From: an uncultured Candidatus Saccharibacteria bacterium
Lineage (GTDB): Bacteria > Patescibacteriota > CPR2 > UBA1875 > CAIMLA01
Length of the DNA stretch: 64,000 nt
Assembly (NCBI GenBank): GCA_964594415.1
Contig: CAZQLQ010000001.1
Location: 28,850-92,849, forward strand
Reading direction: 5' to 3'
Under the pieces are notes generated by a model, which worked only from the letters and a program-made list of their open reading frames with translations, had not been told where the DNA came from and made no database searches. Shown here piece by piece: positions 9,434-19,470 of the stretch. Both the position numbers and the translations under genes were made by a program. Position 1 is the stretch's first letter; every line of letters begins with the position of its first letter.

Positions 9434-10210
9434 ATGAAATACGAGGAATTGTTTCAGAGAAATATTGGAATATTTACCCAAAAAGAACAAGAAGTCTTGA
9501 GAAATTCCACTGTTACTATTGCAGGGGTTGGTGGCGTTGGAGGAATTGTTCTTGAAAGACTTGTGCGTTTGGGCGTAGAGAATTTTATTATCGGGGATCC
9601 TGAGAAATTTGAGGCGAATAATTTCAATAGGCAGATGTATTCCAATATTGAGACTATCGGATTGAATAAGGCGAGAGTTTTGGCTCGGGAAGTAAAGAAA
9701 ATAAATCCTAATGTTAAAATAAAATGCTTTGAAAATGGCATAAATAGGGAAAATGTTGAGGAGTTTGTTCAGTCTGACATAATAATAGATGCAATAGAAT
9801 ATAATTTACCATACCTTCTGTTTCTTCTTCATAAAGCCGCAAGAGAGAGAAATAAAATGGTATTAGCTGCTCAGGCGATAGGATTTGGCGCTACACTGTT
9901 TGTTTTTAGTAAGGATTCGATCGCATTTGAGGACTACATAGGATTAAAAAATGCTAATGTTATGACCCCGGAAAAAATAAATAATTATAAAATTCCTATA
10001 AAAAAGTTTTGTCCTATAATGCCAAAGTATGTTTCAAAAACATTAGCGCTAAAGGTTTTTTTGAGAAAAACATATATTCCTAGTTGTAGCTTGGGTGTGA
10101 TGGCAGCTGCTTCTTTGTTGGAAATTGTAGTTATTAAACAGTTGTTAGAAAGAGAAAAAATTAGATTGACGCCTAAGTACTATTTTTTAGATTTTTATAA
10201 CGATTTGTAG
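9434..10210 (+). CDS. ThiF/MoeB/HesA-family E1-like adenylyltransferase
   Basis: A TIAGVGGVGG nucleotide-binding loop and a Rossmann E1-like fold; 258 aa. No C-terminal rhodanese or CxxC domains. Confidence 0.75.
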   Translation: MKYEELFQRNIGIFTQKEQEVLRNSTVTIAGVGGVGGIVLERLVRLGVENFIIGDPEKFEANNFNRQMYSNIETIGLNKARVLAREVKKINPNVKIKCFENGINRENVEEFVQSDIIIDAIEYNLPYLLFLLHKAARERNKMVLAAQAIGFGATLFVFSKDSIAFEDYIGLKNANVMTPEKINNYKIPIKKFCPIMPKYVSKTLALKVFLRKTYIPSCSLGVMAAASLLEIVVIKQLLEREKIRLTPKYYFLDFYNDL

Positions 10211-10213
10211 AGG

Positions 10214-12895
10214 GTGATAATGGAGGGTATTTATTTAACAGTTTTTGTTAGTTTGATAAACTTTATTCTAGGAATAATTATTTACATTCGGAACAGAAAG
10301 TCACCGGTAAATGTTTCTTTTGCTCTAACTGTTTTTTCTATAGTTTGTTGGACGATTTTTAATCATTTTGCTAATCAGCAAAACGATATGGCATTGCTTC
10401 TTACACGATTAACTATTATTTCTGGGCATTTAATAGCGTTTTTCTTATTCTTTTTCTTAAGGTCTTTTTTTAATTATAAGTTTAAAGAAGTAATTATATA
10501 TGGGGTGGAACTTTTGACTGCTACTAGTATTCTTCTTTCGATAACGCCGTTTTATGCTGAAGGGGTCAAATACATCCCAACTGGAACCGGAGTAACTTAT
10601 GGACCATTGATTATGGGATATTTTCTTACACTTTCGTTACTGATTATACTCAACGTCTTTGTTTTAGTGAAAGGTTACGTTTTGGCCGAGGGAACCTTGA
10701 GGAGTCAAGCCAAGTTTGTATTATTTGGAATAATATTGAGTTTATTTTTTGCAACCATAACTAACCTTTTAATACCGGTTATTTACAAGAGTCAACAATA
10801 TTCTCAGCTAGGTCCAGTATTCACAGTCTTCTTTGTTAGTTTTATTTTTTATGCCATTATAAAACATAGGCTCATGGATATTCGTTTAGTCGTTGCGAGG
10901 TCGTTATCTTATGCAGCACTACTGCTTATATTAGCTGTGTTTTACGCTACGGGCATTCTTGGCCTAGAGAGAATTATTTTCCCGAACTCCTCTGGCAGTA
11001 TCTCTATATATCAAGCTGCTTTTAGAATATCACTTACTGCTATAATTGCCTTCAGCTTTCAGCCGATAAAAAATTGGGTAACGGAAAGAACTGATAGAAT
11101 ATTTTTTAAGGGTCAATATAATTCTGAAGAGCTTTTGTCTGTTCTCTCACATGTTTTGAGTTCATCGATAGTTTTGATAGAACTTATCTACAAGGTTACA
11201 GATATTCTAATCAAAGAAATGCGAGTATCTCGTAGCATGTTTGTTCTTTTGGAAAACGAAAATAAGATATATACAACGCAGCTGAATGGTTATAAAAAAT
11301 CGATAAAAATAGAACCGAAGGATGTTTATATTTTAGCAAATCAACCAATGTTGATACTTAGTGAGCTTGAATATAATTCAAGAATCAAGAGCATTCTTGA
11401 TAAATACGATGGGGAGCTCTCTCTTCCACTAAAAACCGACAAAGGGCTCTTGGGAGTGTGGATTCTGGGGGAGAAAAACTCTGGAGAATCATATAGTCAG
11501 CAAGACTATCAGATTTTAGAAATATTAATACCAGAAATCGCAGTTGCTATAGAAAACGCAAAAGCTTACGAAGAAATCAGCGCTTTCAACAAGACGCTTA
11601 AGCAGGAAATCGAACATGCTACTCATAAACTAGAAATCCAGAATAGCGAGTTGATAAAAACGGGTCGTCAGCTTGAGGATCTGGTTAACTTTCTACCTGA
11701 TGCTACCTTTGCTATCGATACCAAAGGATGCGTAATTATCTGGAACAAGATGATGGAAGAGCTGACAGGCACTACTGCAGAGTCGATAATCGGCAAGGGT
11801 AATCGTAGATTTGCACATAGCTTTGGCTACAAAAAAGAGCTAACTCTTGCTGAACAGATATTACAGGGGAGCTTAGTAAAAAATGATCATTATAGAAGTA
11901 TAAGGAGAGAGGGAGACTCATTGTACGCTGAAGTTTATTTTTCTAACCTTAATGGCAACAAGGCATTCTTGGGAGCGAAGGCAGCTCCTTTGTATGATCA
12001 GGATCGAAATGTAGTTGGCGCAATAGAATCTCTGCGCGATATCTCGGAGATAAAAAAAGTCGAAAAAATACTTAGAAAGAGCAACGAGGAGTTACGTAAG
12101 ATCGATCTGGCAAAAGATGACTTTATCTCTATGGCCTCACATCAGCTTAGGACCCCAATTACTGCCATAAAAGGGTATCTTTCTATGCTTATTGAAGGCG
12201 ATGCCGGAGAGGTTAAGATTAGTCAATATGATTTTATTTTGGAAGCATATAGGGCCAGCAATCGCATGACCGGTCTAGTAAATGATCTTTTGAATGTTTC
12301 ACGAATGGAGGCTGGTAGATTCTTTCTAGAAGTAAATGAGGTTGATATTGACTCTATCATCCAAGAAGAGATGAAACAGCTTGAGGGAACAATAAGGGAG
12401 AAGGGGCTTTACTTTAGATACAAAAAGGGGAAAAATGTTCCCTCCGTTTCTGCTGACAAAACTAAGATACGGCAAGTTATAATGAATTTTATTGACAACT
12501 CGGTTTACTATACTAGAAAAGGTGGAATTACAGTTGAACTATATAAAGAGGGTGACGGCGTAGTTTTTATGGTTTCGGATACGGGAATAGGCGTTCCAAA
12601 AAATCAGCAATCCGGATTGTTTCAGAAATTCTATCGTGCCGATAACGCGAAGAATACACGTCCTGATGGAACCGGTCTCGGATTATTTCTAGCGAAAAAA
12701 GTTATTGAGAGCCATAGCGGTAAGATAATATTCAAATCTACTGAGGGGGTTGGATCAACGTTTGGATTTAAGATACCAATAAAGAATATGGCGAAAAAGT
12801 TTTCGGTAGTTATGCCAGAAGTTTCAAGCTTAGGAACAGCTATCTCTCAGGAGGCAACAAGGCAAAATTCTGATTTGGTAAAAAAGGAAAATTGA
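10214..12895 (+). CDS. multi-TM sensor histidine kinase with a PAS domain
   Basis: An N-terminal ~7-TM region, then a PAS segment (FAIDTKGCVIIWNKMMEELTG), then HisKA DDFISMASHQLRTPITAIKGY, then an HATPase_c G-box. Confidence 0.85.
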   Translation: MIMEGIYLTVFVSLINFILGIIIYIRNRKSPVNVSFALTVFSIVCWTIFNHFANQQNDMALLLTRLTIISGHLIAFFLFFFLRSFFNYKFKEVIIYGVELLTATSILLSITPFYAEGVKYIPTGTGVTYGPLIMGYFLTLSLLIILNVFVLVKGYVLAEGTLRSQAKFVLFGIILSLFFATITNLLIPVIYKSQQYSQLGPVFTVFFVSFIFYAIIKHRLMDIRLVVARSLSYAALLLILAVFYATGILGLERIIFPNSSGSISIYQAAFRISLTAIIAFSFQPIKNWVTERTDRIFFKGQYNSEELLSVLSHVLSSSIVLIELIYKVTDILIKEMRVSRSMFVLLENENKIYTTQLNGYKKSIKIEPKDVYILANQPMLILSELEYNSRIKSILDKYDGELSLPLKTDKGLLGVWILGEKNSGESYSQQDYQILEILIPEIAVAIENAKAYEEISAFNKTLKQEIEHATHKLEIQNSELIKTGRQLEDLVNFLPDATFAIDTKGCVIIWNKMMEELTGTTAESIIGKGNRRFAHSFGYKKELTLAEQILQGSLVKNDHYRSIRREGDSLYAEVYFSNLNGNKAFLGAKAAPLYDQDRNVVGAIESLRDISEIKKVEKILRKSNEELRKIDLAKDDFISMASHQLRTPITAIKGYLSMLIEGDAGEVKISQYDFILEAYRASNRMTGLVNDLLNVSRMEAGRFFLEVNEVDIDSIIQEEMKQLEGTIREKGLYFRYKKGKNVPSVSADKTKIRQVIMNFIDNSVYYTRKGGITVELYKEGDGVVFMVSDTGIGVPKNQQSGLFQKFYRADNAKNTRPDGTGLGLFLAKKVIESHSGKIIFKSTEGVGSTFGFKIPIKNMAKKFSVVMPEVSSLGTAISQEATRQNSDLVKKEN

Positions 12896-12933
12896 AATAA
12901 AATAATTAAAACAACAAAGCGGAGGGTTAAACA

Positions 12934-14139
12934 ATGAAAAAGTTAAGGATATATGAAGCGATTACTTTATGTTTAATTGTAATAGCTGGTATAATGGTGG
13001 CTTTCGGATACACAATGGCTAGCGATAGTGGATCGTCTTCACAGGGCTCGGCTATTTATACTTCTGAATATATAGAAACACTAAATGAGCCGTATATTAT
13101 TAGTCCTACTACGGGTTCAACAATCTATGGGGAACAGCTAAATGTAAAGATTTATGCACCAAACTCACTTACGGGTAGTGGCCATAGTCAGATTTTTAAT
13201 ATAATCAACTCTAGTACGCTTACGCCGATGCTCACTAGAGAAGAACAACTAGAAAAAAATGAATATGGTGTAATAATCTTTCCAACGATAGGGCTAGCAA
13301 ATTTCCCTGATGGTGCTTATTCTCTCAGAGTTGAGCTTTCTTATCCTGACCCATATAACACTACAATTCTTATTTCTAGAAATGTCGAGCTGGATTTTAT
13401 GGTTTCTCATACAACAATTTCTACAAGTACTACAACCACTACGAAGAATATTGATACTAACACCAGTAACACAACTGTAACCACTAGAAGTACTGCTGTT
13501 TTGGCGCCGAAGCCGACCACTACAACGACAACAAAGCCCCCTATTTCTATAGTTGATGAGCAGCTTAAGGCGACTAACAATAGTAACTCCGAATATATAG
13601 GTCTTAGCATTAAAGAGGTTCAGGGCATCTTAATTAAGCAGGAAGAAGAGAAAAAACTCCCTCAGGAACTTAGGGTAGCTCCAGAAGTTACAGTTCTTAA
13701 AACTACTAATGCAGAGGTCAATATGGTAGACGATACAAAGGGAACCGTAAAATTAACAGGTAAGGCAGAGCCGAACCAATTAGTTTATTTATATATATTC
13801 TCTGAACCCATAGTAGTTTCTGTCCAGACAGACGGTAACGGAGATTGGGAATACAATTTGGATAAGGAGCTTGCGACGGGTGAACATAAAGTATATGTTG
13901 CTGTAAAGAACGATGATAGCACAGTAAAAGCTAAAAGTTCAGCATTCAGTTTTATTATTGGTCAAGCAATCGCTGCCTCTCCAACACAAAATCAAAACGC
14001 AGCTAATGCAAATAGTGCGAACTATCTCTATTACTACATTATGTTTGCTGTTTCTATTGTTACGTTAATTGTCTCAATGATTTTCTTTGTATTAACTAAG
14101 AAGAAAATAAAACAGCATGCACTTCAACTTCAAGGTTAA
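12934..14139 (+). CDS. Thr-rich surface protein with N- and C-terminal TM anchors
   Basis: An N-terminal TM, poly-Thr linkers (TTTTTK), and a C-terminal hydrophobic helix followed by KKKIK. Confidence 0.5.
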   Translation: MKKLRIYEAITLCLIVIAGIMVAFGYTMASDSGSSSQGSAIYTSEYIETLNEPYIISPTTGSTIYGEQLNVKIYAPNSLTGSGHSQIFNIINSSTLTPMLTREEQLEKNEYGVIIFPTIGLANFPDGAYSLRVELSYPDPYNTTILISRNVELDFMVSHTTISTSTTTTTKNIDTNTSNTTVTTRSTAVLAPKPTTTTTTKPPISIVDEQLKATNNSNSEYIGLSIKEVQGILIKQEEEKKLPQELRVAPEVTVLKTTNAEVNMVDDTKGTVKLTGKAEPNQLVYLYIFSEPIVVSVQTDGNGDWEYNLDKELATGEHKVYVAVKNDDSTVKAKSSAFSFIIGQAIAASPTQNQNAANANSANYLYYYIMFAVSIVTLIVSMIFFVLTKKKIKQHALQLQG

Positions 14140-15490
14140 CTCAGAATTCCTTACAGACTACAAACAGCTGATTTTTAGTATTGTAATCATCATGCTAATC
14201 CCGGCTCTGATTGTATTTAATACTTATTATATTGTTACCAAAATGCAGGAAAATATGGATGTTGAACTTCGTGATAAGGCGATAATGGCAGCACAAGGAT
14301 TGAATGTATCTCTTATTAACAATCTTGAAGATAAAGAAGAAATCAAATCTAAAATTGATGAATATTCTAAATTAACTGATAATATCAAAAAAATTACAGT
14401 AATACAGAAAGAAAACGATGATTTTAGTGTTTTAACAAACCTTGGGACCGAAGCTGAGGTTATTGACGATGATGTAATGAACTACTTAAGCTGGGTTGGC
14501 TCGAACCCAATTGCGAGCTTGGTAGTGTCGGATGATGACCAGGTTGTTGGAGATAAGCAGATATTTAAAGGAGAGAGGTTTTGGTCTGTAACTTTACCTC
14601 TTAAGGACAGTGAGGGCAATAAAGTCTATTTGGCAAATATTTGGGTTTCTCTAGCCGATGTAGATTCTCTAATGTCGCAAACAGTTATGGATGCAGGGAT
14701 TATCTTAGCTATATCGATAATGGTGATATTACTATTAGTTGCAAGCAATGGACAACTTTTTAAGTATTCAATTCTTTTCCAGAAACTAAAAGAGGTTGAT
14801 CAGATGAAGGACGACTTTATTTCAATTGCCTCTCACGAGCTTAGGACGCCCCTAACGGCCATAAAAGGCTATATTTCGCTAATTGAAGATGATGAAAAGA
14901 AACATAATCTTACGAAAGATCAAAGAAACAGAATGATGAACGGAATCTCAACGAGTGCGCAAAGGCTGAATGATCTAGTTTCTGATATATTAGATGTTTC
15001 GAGGATCGAACAGGACAGAGTTAAGATTGAAATGGAAAAATGTGGAATAATTGAGATCGCTCAAAAGGTAACCAATCAATTGAGTCTTCAGGCAAAAGAT
15101 AAGAAGCTTAGGTTAGTAGAAAAGTACCCTAAAAAAGAGGTTTATTCAAACTTGGATAAGACCAAGCTAGAGCAGATACTTATTAATTTGATAGGAAACT
15201 CGATAAAATATACCCTTCAAGGGGAGATAGAAGTAAGTATTACCTCGGATGCCGTTAATAATATTATAAACATTAGAGATACGGGTATTGGGATGAACGA
15301 AGATGAAAGAAAGAAGCTGTTTACAAAGTTTTATCGTGTTCAAAGTGAGGAAACTAGAGAGGTAGTTGGTACGGGTCTTGGGCTTTGGATTACAAAACAG
15401 CTTGTCGAAACTATGGGCGGAAAAATTACCGTCGATAGTATAAAAAATGTAGGAACTCAATTTACCGTAATATTCCCAATCTATAAATAA
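14117..15490 (+). CDS. sensor histidine kinase (periplasmic sensor domain between two TMs)
   Basis: HisKA DDFISIASHELRTPLTAIKGY and an HATPase_c (DTGIGM..GTGLGL). Confidence 0.85.
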   Translation: MHFNFKVNSEFLTDYKQLIFSIVIIMLIPALIVFNTYYIVTKMQENMDVELRDKAIMAAQGLNVSLINNLEDKEEIKSKIDEYSKLTDNIKKITVIQKENDDFSVLTNLGTEAEVIDDDVMNYLSWVGSNPIASLVVSDDDQVVGDKQIFKGERFWSVTLPLKDSEGNKVYLANIWVSLADVDSLMSQTVMDAGIILAISIMVILLLVASNGQLFKYSILFQKLKEVDQMKDDFISIASHELRTPLTAIKGYISLIEDDEKKHNLTKDQRNRMMNGISTSAQRLNDLVSDILDVSRIEQDRVKIEMEKCGIIEIAQKVTNQLSLQAKDKKLRLVEKYPKKEVYSNLDKTKLEQILINLIGNSIKYTLQGEIEVSITSDAVNNIINIRDTGIGMNEDERKKLFTKFYRVQSEETREVVGTGLGLWITKQLVETMGGKITVDSIKNVGTQFTVIFPIYK

Positions 15491-15560
15491 AAAAAGCAGG
15501 TCTCTTGATCTGCTTACGGGTTTTCAAAATTTTCCCTGATATAATCAGGGTTCAATTGTA

Positions 15561-15974
15561 TTAAGACTCTCTTCTGTCAATCAAATCTCCTCTCGACTTC
15601 TTGACGAGGTCTGGGTAACTAACTGTCATTAGCTCAAAAAAAGTTGCTTCATCAGTTACTTCATTCAGATAATTTACTATTTCCTCTAAAACTTTTTCGG
15701 ACAGGCTGCGTTCTGAGTCCAGATACAGGTTGATCTGGCAAGTAATTGCTAGAGATAGCTCCGGAAATGTAATTTCCGAAAGTGGGATTATGGCGTAGAT
15801 TCTTTTTTCTAGATTTTTACTGGCTATCACAGTATTGCAATAGACAACGGCGGCGCTTTCGGTAATTTCTATTATTGGAGTTCTTCCTGAAAAAACTTTC
15901 GAAGAAAGTTTATTTAGAAAAAAAATTGCATAACCGACTTTTTTTTCCTGTAGAAGATTATCCATTTTAAGCAC
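15561..15974 (-). CDS. hypothetical small cytoplasmic protein
   Basis: 137 aa. It overlaps the upstream gene by 8 nt, consistent with an operon. Confidence 0.45.
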   Translation of the reverse strand: MLKMDNLLQEKKVGYAIFFLNKLSSKVFSGRTPIIEITESAAVVYCNTVIASKNLEKRIYAIIPLSEITFPELSLAITCQINLYLDSERSLSEKVLEEIVNYLNEVTDEATFFELMTVSYPDLVKKSRGDLIDRRES

Positions 15975-16365
15975 ATCCCTTCGTTCTTGTTAGACTCTCA
16001 ATGTCTAATAAATTGATGACAAAGGTTTTCCCAATATCTTTCTTAACAGCAGCAGCGACGACTTTTAATATTTTTTCGTCCTGGATTAAGCCATCTTTTA
16101 GGTAGACGTTTGTCTTGAATCGCTCCGAGTGGTTTGTTCTTATATAAGTAGTGGAATCAAGCTGAATAATTGCGATAATTTTTTTTGAAAAAAAATTTCC
16201 GACTACTCCGTCTTTGTAGAGAATATAACAGTCGCCACTAAGTTTTATTAACGGGCTTTTTCCGGGGGATATTATATTATACAGATTCGTCAAAATGCTG
16301 CGTGCAGCGCTTTCCGCCATTATCTTTCCGAGTGCGTCTAGCATCCAATTCAACTCCTTTCGCAA
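15967..16365 (-). CDS. hypothetical small cytoplasmic protein (possible roadblock/LC7-like; weak)
   Basis: 132 aa, paired with the 15561-15974 ORF. Confidence 0.4.
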   Translation of the reverse strand: MRKELNWMLDALGKIMAESAARSILTNLYNIISPGKSPLIKLSGDCYILYKDGVVGNFFSKKIIAIIQLDSTTYIRTNHSERFKTNVYLKDGLIQDEKILKVVAAAVKKDIGKTFVINLLDIESLTRTKGCA

Positions 16366-16445
16366 TTAAGTTGTCAAGATTACAAAATTTTAGTTTGTGG
16401 GTGGATTATAGCTTATTTTAGGTAAAATTTCAATCTAAATATGTA

Positions 16446-17186
16446 TCAGCGAACATCTTTTATAGTAACGAATAAGGCAAACCTGACAAAGACAACAAAA
16501 AACAGGGAATAAAGGGATAGCGCATAGCTATAGCTCGCAATAGGATTTGCTCTGTGCAGAATGTTTATTGACTCAGTATATATCACCTCGCAAGCACCTG
16601 CACCACTGTCCGTTCTTTCCGTACTGGTATTCCAGGTAAAATATTTTTTTGAACCATCAGTTTTTGTAGCTATTACGTTAACCAACCTTCCTTTTATCTG
16701 TACTTCGTCTCCTATGTTAATAGCTTTTTCTGCCTTAAAAACTGAATCATCGCTTATGAGAAGGTGATTGTTTGATAGCTGATTAGGATAAAAAGAGGCG
16801 TTTTGTGAGTAATGGTAAAAACAAAATCTTTGGTCTTGCTTGAACTTGATGCTCGACAAATATGTTTTCTCTTTTACGTTATTCCCCCAGACTATGCATA
16901 AGTCATAAGGAACTGATTTGTCTATGCCCTTACTCCCAAGAGTATTGTAATTCTTTTTGCTTACTACTATTCCAGTAACGGTGTAATCATAAAGAGGAGT
17001 TGCCTTGTATTCAAATCCATCGCCAGTGAAATCAATCTCGTTGTTTGATTTTACTTCAGTTTGAATAGGATCGTTATATGTAGCTTCTGTAACATTGTTT
17101 ACTTGGGCTAATTTCCCTTTATAAAAATAGCTAATAATAAAAATTATTATTAGTATATAAGTTAATATGCTTAGAACTTTTTTCAT
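16446..17186 (-). CDS. hypothetical membrane protein (N- and C-terminal TM helices)
   Basis: 246 aa, immediately downstream of the pilin gene. Confidence 0.5.
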   Translation of the reverse strand: MKKVLSILTYILIIIFIISYFYKGKLAQVNNVTEATYNDPIQTEVKSNNEIDFTGDGFEYKATPLYDYTVTGIVVSKKNYNTLGSKGIDKSVPYDLCIVWGNNVKEKTYLSSIKFKQDQRFCFYHYSQNASFYPNQLSNNHLLISDDSVFKAEKAINIGDEVQIKGRLVNVIATKTDGSKKYFTWNTSTERTDSGAGACEVIYTESINILHRANPIASYSYALSLYSLFFVVFVRFALFVTIKDVR

Positions 17187-17206
17187 CTAATAAGGGCAGT
17201 TTAGCG

Positions 17207-17626
17207 CTAATGGCTCATGTCAATCTTTTCTATCTCTGTTGTGCACGTGTAATCAGCTATATGCAGGATATAGCCTCCATTTGTAAATTCAATATATCCT
17301 CCGCCAGTAACGTCATGCCCGTTCATTTGCTTGCCATTGCATTCAGGAGTTGCTGGTAGTTGATGATTATTCAATATAGAGGAAACTAAACATGCGCATG
17401 CAAAGTCCACATAGGTGCCAATAATAGCGGTAGGCTTATATGTATGGTTTCTTGAATAATGTGAAATAAGCGCATCTTCAAGTGTGGCAGCATTTGATCT
17501 ATGGACTGTTTCTGTTGCAGTTCTTTTTGTTGTTTTTATTGCCGCCAATATCAGAGTAGCAATAACCGAAACAATTGCCATTACAATTATTAATTCGATT
17601 ATGCTAAACCCTCTTTTCGTTCTCAT
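17207..17626 (-). CDS. type IV pilin / pseudopilin (prepilin N-terminal cleavage-methylation motif)
   Basis: MRTKRG|FSIIELIIVMAIV has Gly at -1 and Glu at +5, followed by a hydrophobic helix. The C-terminal region is Cys-rich. Confidence 0.75.
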   Translation of the reverse strand: MRTKRGFSIIELIIVMAIVSVIATLILAAIKTTKRTATETVHRSNAATLEDALISHYSRNHTYKPTAIIGTYVDFACACLVSSILNNHQLPATPECNGKQMNGHDVTGGGYIEFTNGGYILHIADYTCTTEIEKIDMSH

Positions 17627-17783
17627 AGGTAAATTATATATTATTTAGAAAATAATCAAATTCTTTTATTGAGTAATGTCTTACATTGAGATTATCATAT
17701 GTATTCTTCGCAATGTTGCTTGGCTCGTTCAGTTTTCGTTTAAGTCAACATTCTCAGTGCTAGTCTCAACTATATTAGGTGAT

Positions 17784-18707
17784 TTATATCAAATTGAAGC
17801 TTTCTGCCATTTCGCTGTCATATCCGGTTATTATATTAGGATCGGAGTTTGGCTTCCAAAAATTAACAGATTGACCGATGCTCCATGTATAAATCTGACT
17901 TCTTTCTTGAGAATATAAAAACATGGTTACGCCACCTAGAAAACATGCCGGTTTCCCCTCGGTTTCTTCGTTCCATTCGGGATCCGCTCCAATTATTATT
18001 CTTTCTAAATCAGTATTAAAAGTATCTTTTTGAATTATTTTACAACCCGAGTTAACGGATGAAAGAAAATCATTTATATCATTATCATTTTTTGCATTTG
18101 CTGTCATGACATGCCAACCTCCTCCGGCTATCTTGTCGTAAGCGTTTATAACCTTTTTGCATCCAGAAAAGTAACTTTTATAGCCATTTTCTTCCGAGCC
18201 TTCTCGTGATTCGCCAGTAAGCTCGTACTTATATTCAAAATCAATAATAAAGTCTCCGTTGTCTTCAAAAACTTTTACAGGGACTTCTTCGCCAAAATAT
18301 CTGTAAGAATGATCATTGTCTCTATCATTCCATCTGCAAGATCCGTCATGGGAAACAGCTTTTTTAGGGATTTTAATCGATATCCCTAAATCATAATTTT
18401 TATATAAATTCCACGTATCATCAATTGAAATTAATTCCGAGTTGGCTCTTTTGATATCAAGAGAATCATTCTCCGGTTGTAATGTAGTTTCATTCTCTTC
18501 TTTAACTATTATTTCATTTTGTTCCAAGATTGTATCGATTTGTTTTTGAAGAAATTTTATCTGTGTATCCATTATATACCAGACACTACCGCTAACTGTT
18601 CCTGTAGTGAGCAGAAAAAGAACTAAAATAATAGCTAGTCTTCTCAAATCGATATTTTTTATTTGTTTTTTTATTGAGTCTAAAAAATTCGTTACAATTT
18701 GCTTCAT
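17784..18707 (-). CDS. hypothetical membrane-anchored protein (signal anchor plus extracytoplasmic domain)
   Basis: 307 aa. It is the first gene of the minus-strand pilin cluster. Confidence 0.5.
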   Translation of the reverse strand: MKQIVTNFLDSIKKQIKNIDLRRLAIILVLFLLTTGTVSGSVWYIMDTQIKFLQKQIDTILEQNEIIVKEENETTLQPENDSLDIKRANSELISIDDTWNLYKNYDLGISIKIPKKAVSHDGSCRWNDRDNDHSYRYFGEEVPVKVFEDNGDFIIDFEYKYELTGESREGSEENGYKSYFSGCKKVINAYDKIAGGGWHVMTANAKNDNDINDFLSSVNSGCKIIQKDTFNTDLERIIIGADPEWNEETEGKPACFLGGVTMFLYSQERSQIYTWSIGQSVNFWKPNSDPNIITGYDSEMAESFNLI

Positions 18708-18835
18708 TAGTAAAATAATAATATAAATTATTATTTTATGTAATTAAAAATTTATAAGCCGTATTAAAAATTATTTAGTATTTAGTTAACCTCTCGATTT
18801 CATCACCATCCAAATATGTAAGCGAAAGATAACGT

Positions 18836-19168
18836 TTAAAGTTTTTGAATTAGGTCAAACCAGATAACTTTCACAGTAGTCGAAGGTCCGACATCTGTTT
18901 GATAATATTTGCTGTAAGTTTTGTACATTTCTTCATTCGATTCAAATGTCTCGTGTCCCAACTTGTCTTGTGCGTCCAAATCCACAAAAGATTTTTCAAT
19001 CACTTTTGTTATTTGTGCGTTAGCGAAGTGCCTTAGCGTTATGAACTCCCTTAACTCAATAACATCGCCTACGGTTAAATTTTTATCGTCGAAAAGCCGC
19101 CAGGTTGAATTTTTTTCACCTGAGAGAACTAATGGTATTAAGTAGCTGCGAAATTTAACTATTTTCAT
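18836..19168 (-). CDS. ASCH-domain (PUA-like) protein
   Basis: MKIVKFRSYLIPLVLSGEKNSTWRLFDD..GDVIEL is typical of the ASCH/YqfB-like fold. The longer track ORF reaching 19456 overlaps tRNA-like repeats, so I trimmed it to the internal ATG at 19166-19168. Confidence 0.6.
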   Translation of the reverse strand: MKIVKFRSYLIPLVLSGEKNSTWRLFDDKNLTVGDVIELREFITLRHFANAQITKVIEKSFVDLDAQDKLGHETFESNEEMYKTYSKYYQTDVGPSTTVKVIWFDLIQKL

Positions 19169-19240
19169 TATTCTCAAATAGTAACAGAAAATTATTATAT
19201 AGAAAAATATAATTAGTTCTGTACTTTTTAGAACGGTTAA

Positions 19241-19470
19241 GTCGTGGGAGTAGCGGCAAGCCGCTATCACCGTTATCAAATTAACTTCTTTTAATATCAC
19301 TTTTTTATTTTTGCTTTTATCTAACTTGTTATTTATGTTCACGACTGGGGTTCTAAGCCCCGGATCTACAGAAACAAAAACTCCACCGAAGTGGAGTCCT
19401 TGTTTCTGGCAGTCCCAAGGGGAGTCGCTGGCTTGCCAACTTCTCACCGCTATCAAATCAACTTAACTAT
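19241..19470 (-). repeat. decayed tandem copies of the tRNA-Glu 3' end plus its terminator module
   Basis: 19416-19436 is identical to tRNA-Glu 3' positions 19596-19616 (tggcagtcccaaggggagtcg). It is followed, in minus sense, by the hairpin GGACTCCAC-TTCG-GTGGAGT-TTTTTGTTT. A more degraded copy lies near 19241-19290 (..gatagcggcttgccgctactcccacgac). Confidence 0.6.

Noticed and set aside
19169-19456. N-terminal 96-aa extension of the ASCH ORF (track ORF 18836..19456)
   Set aside because: The extension is encoded by the tRNA-like repeat and terminator hairpins. An internal ATG (MKIVKF) gives a normal ASCH-size protein.
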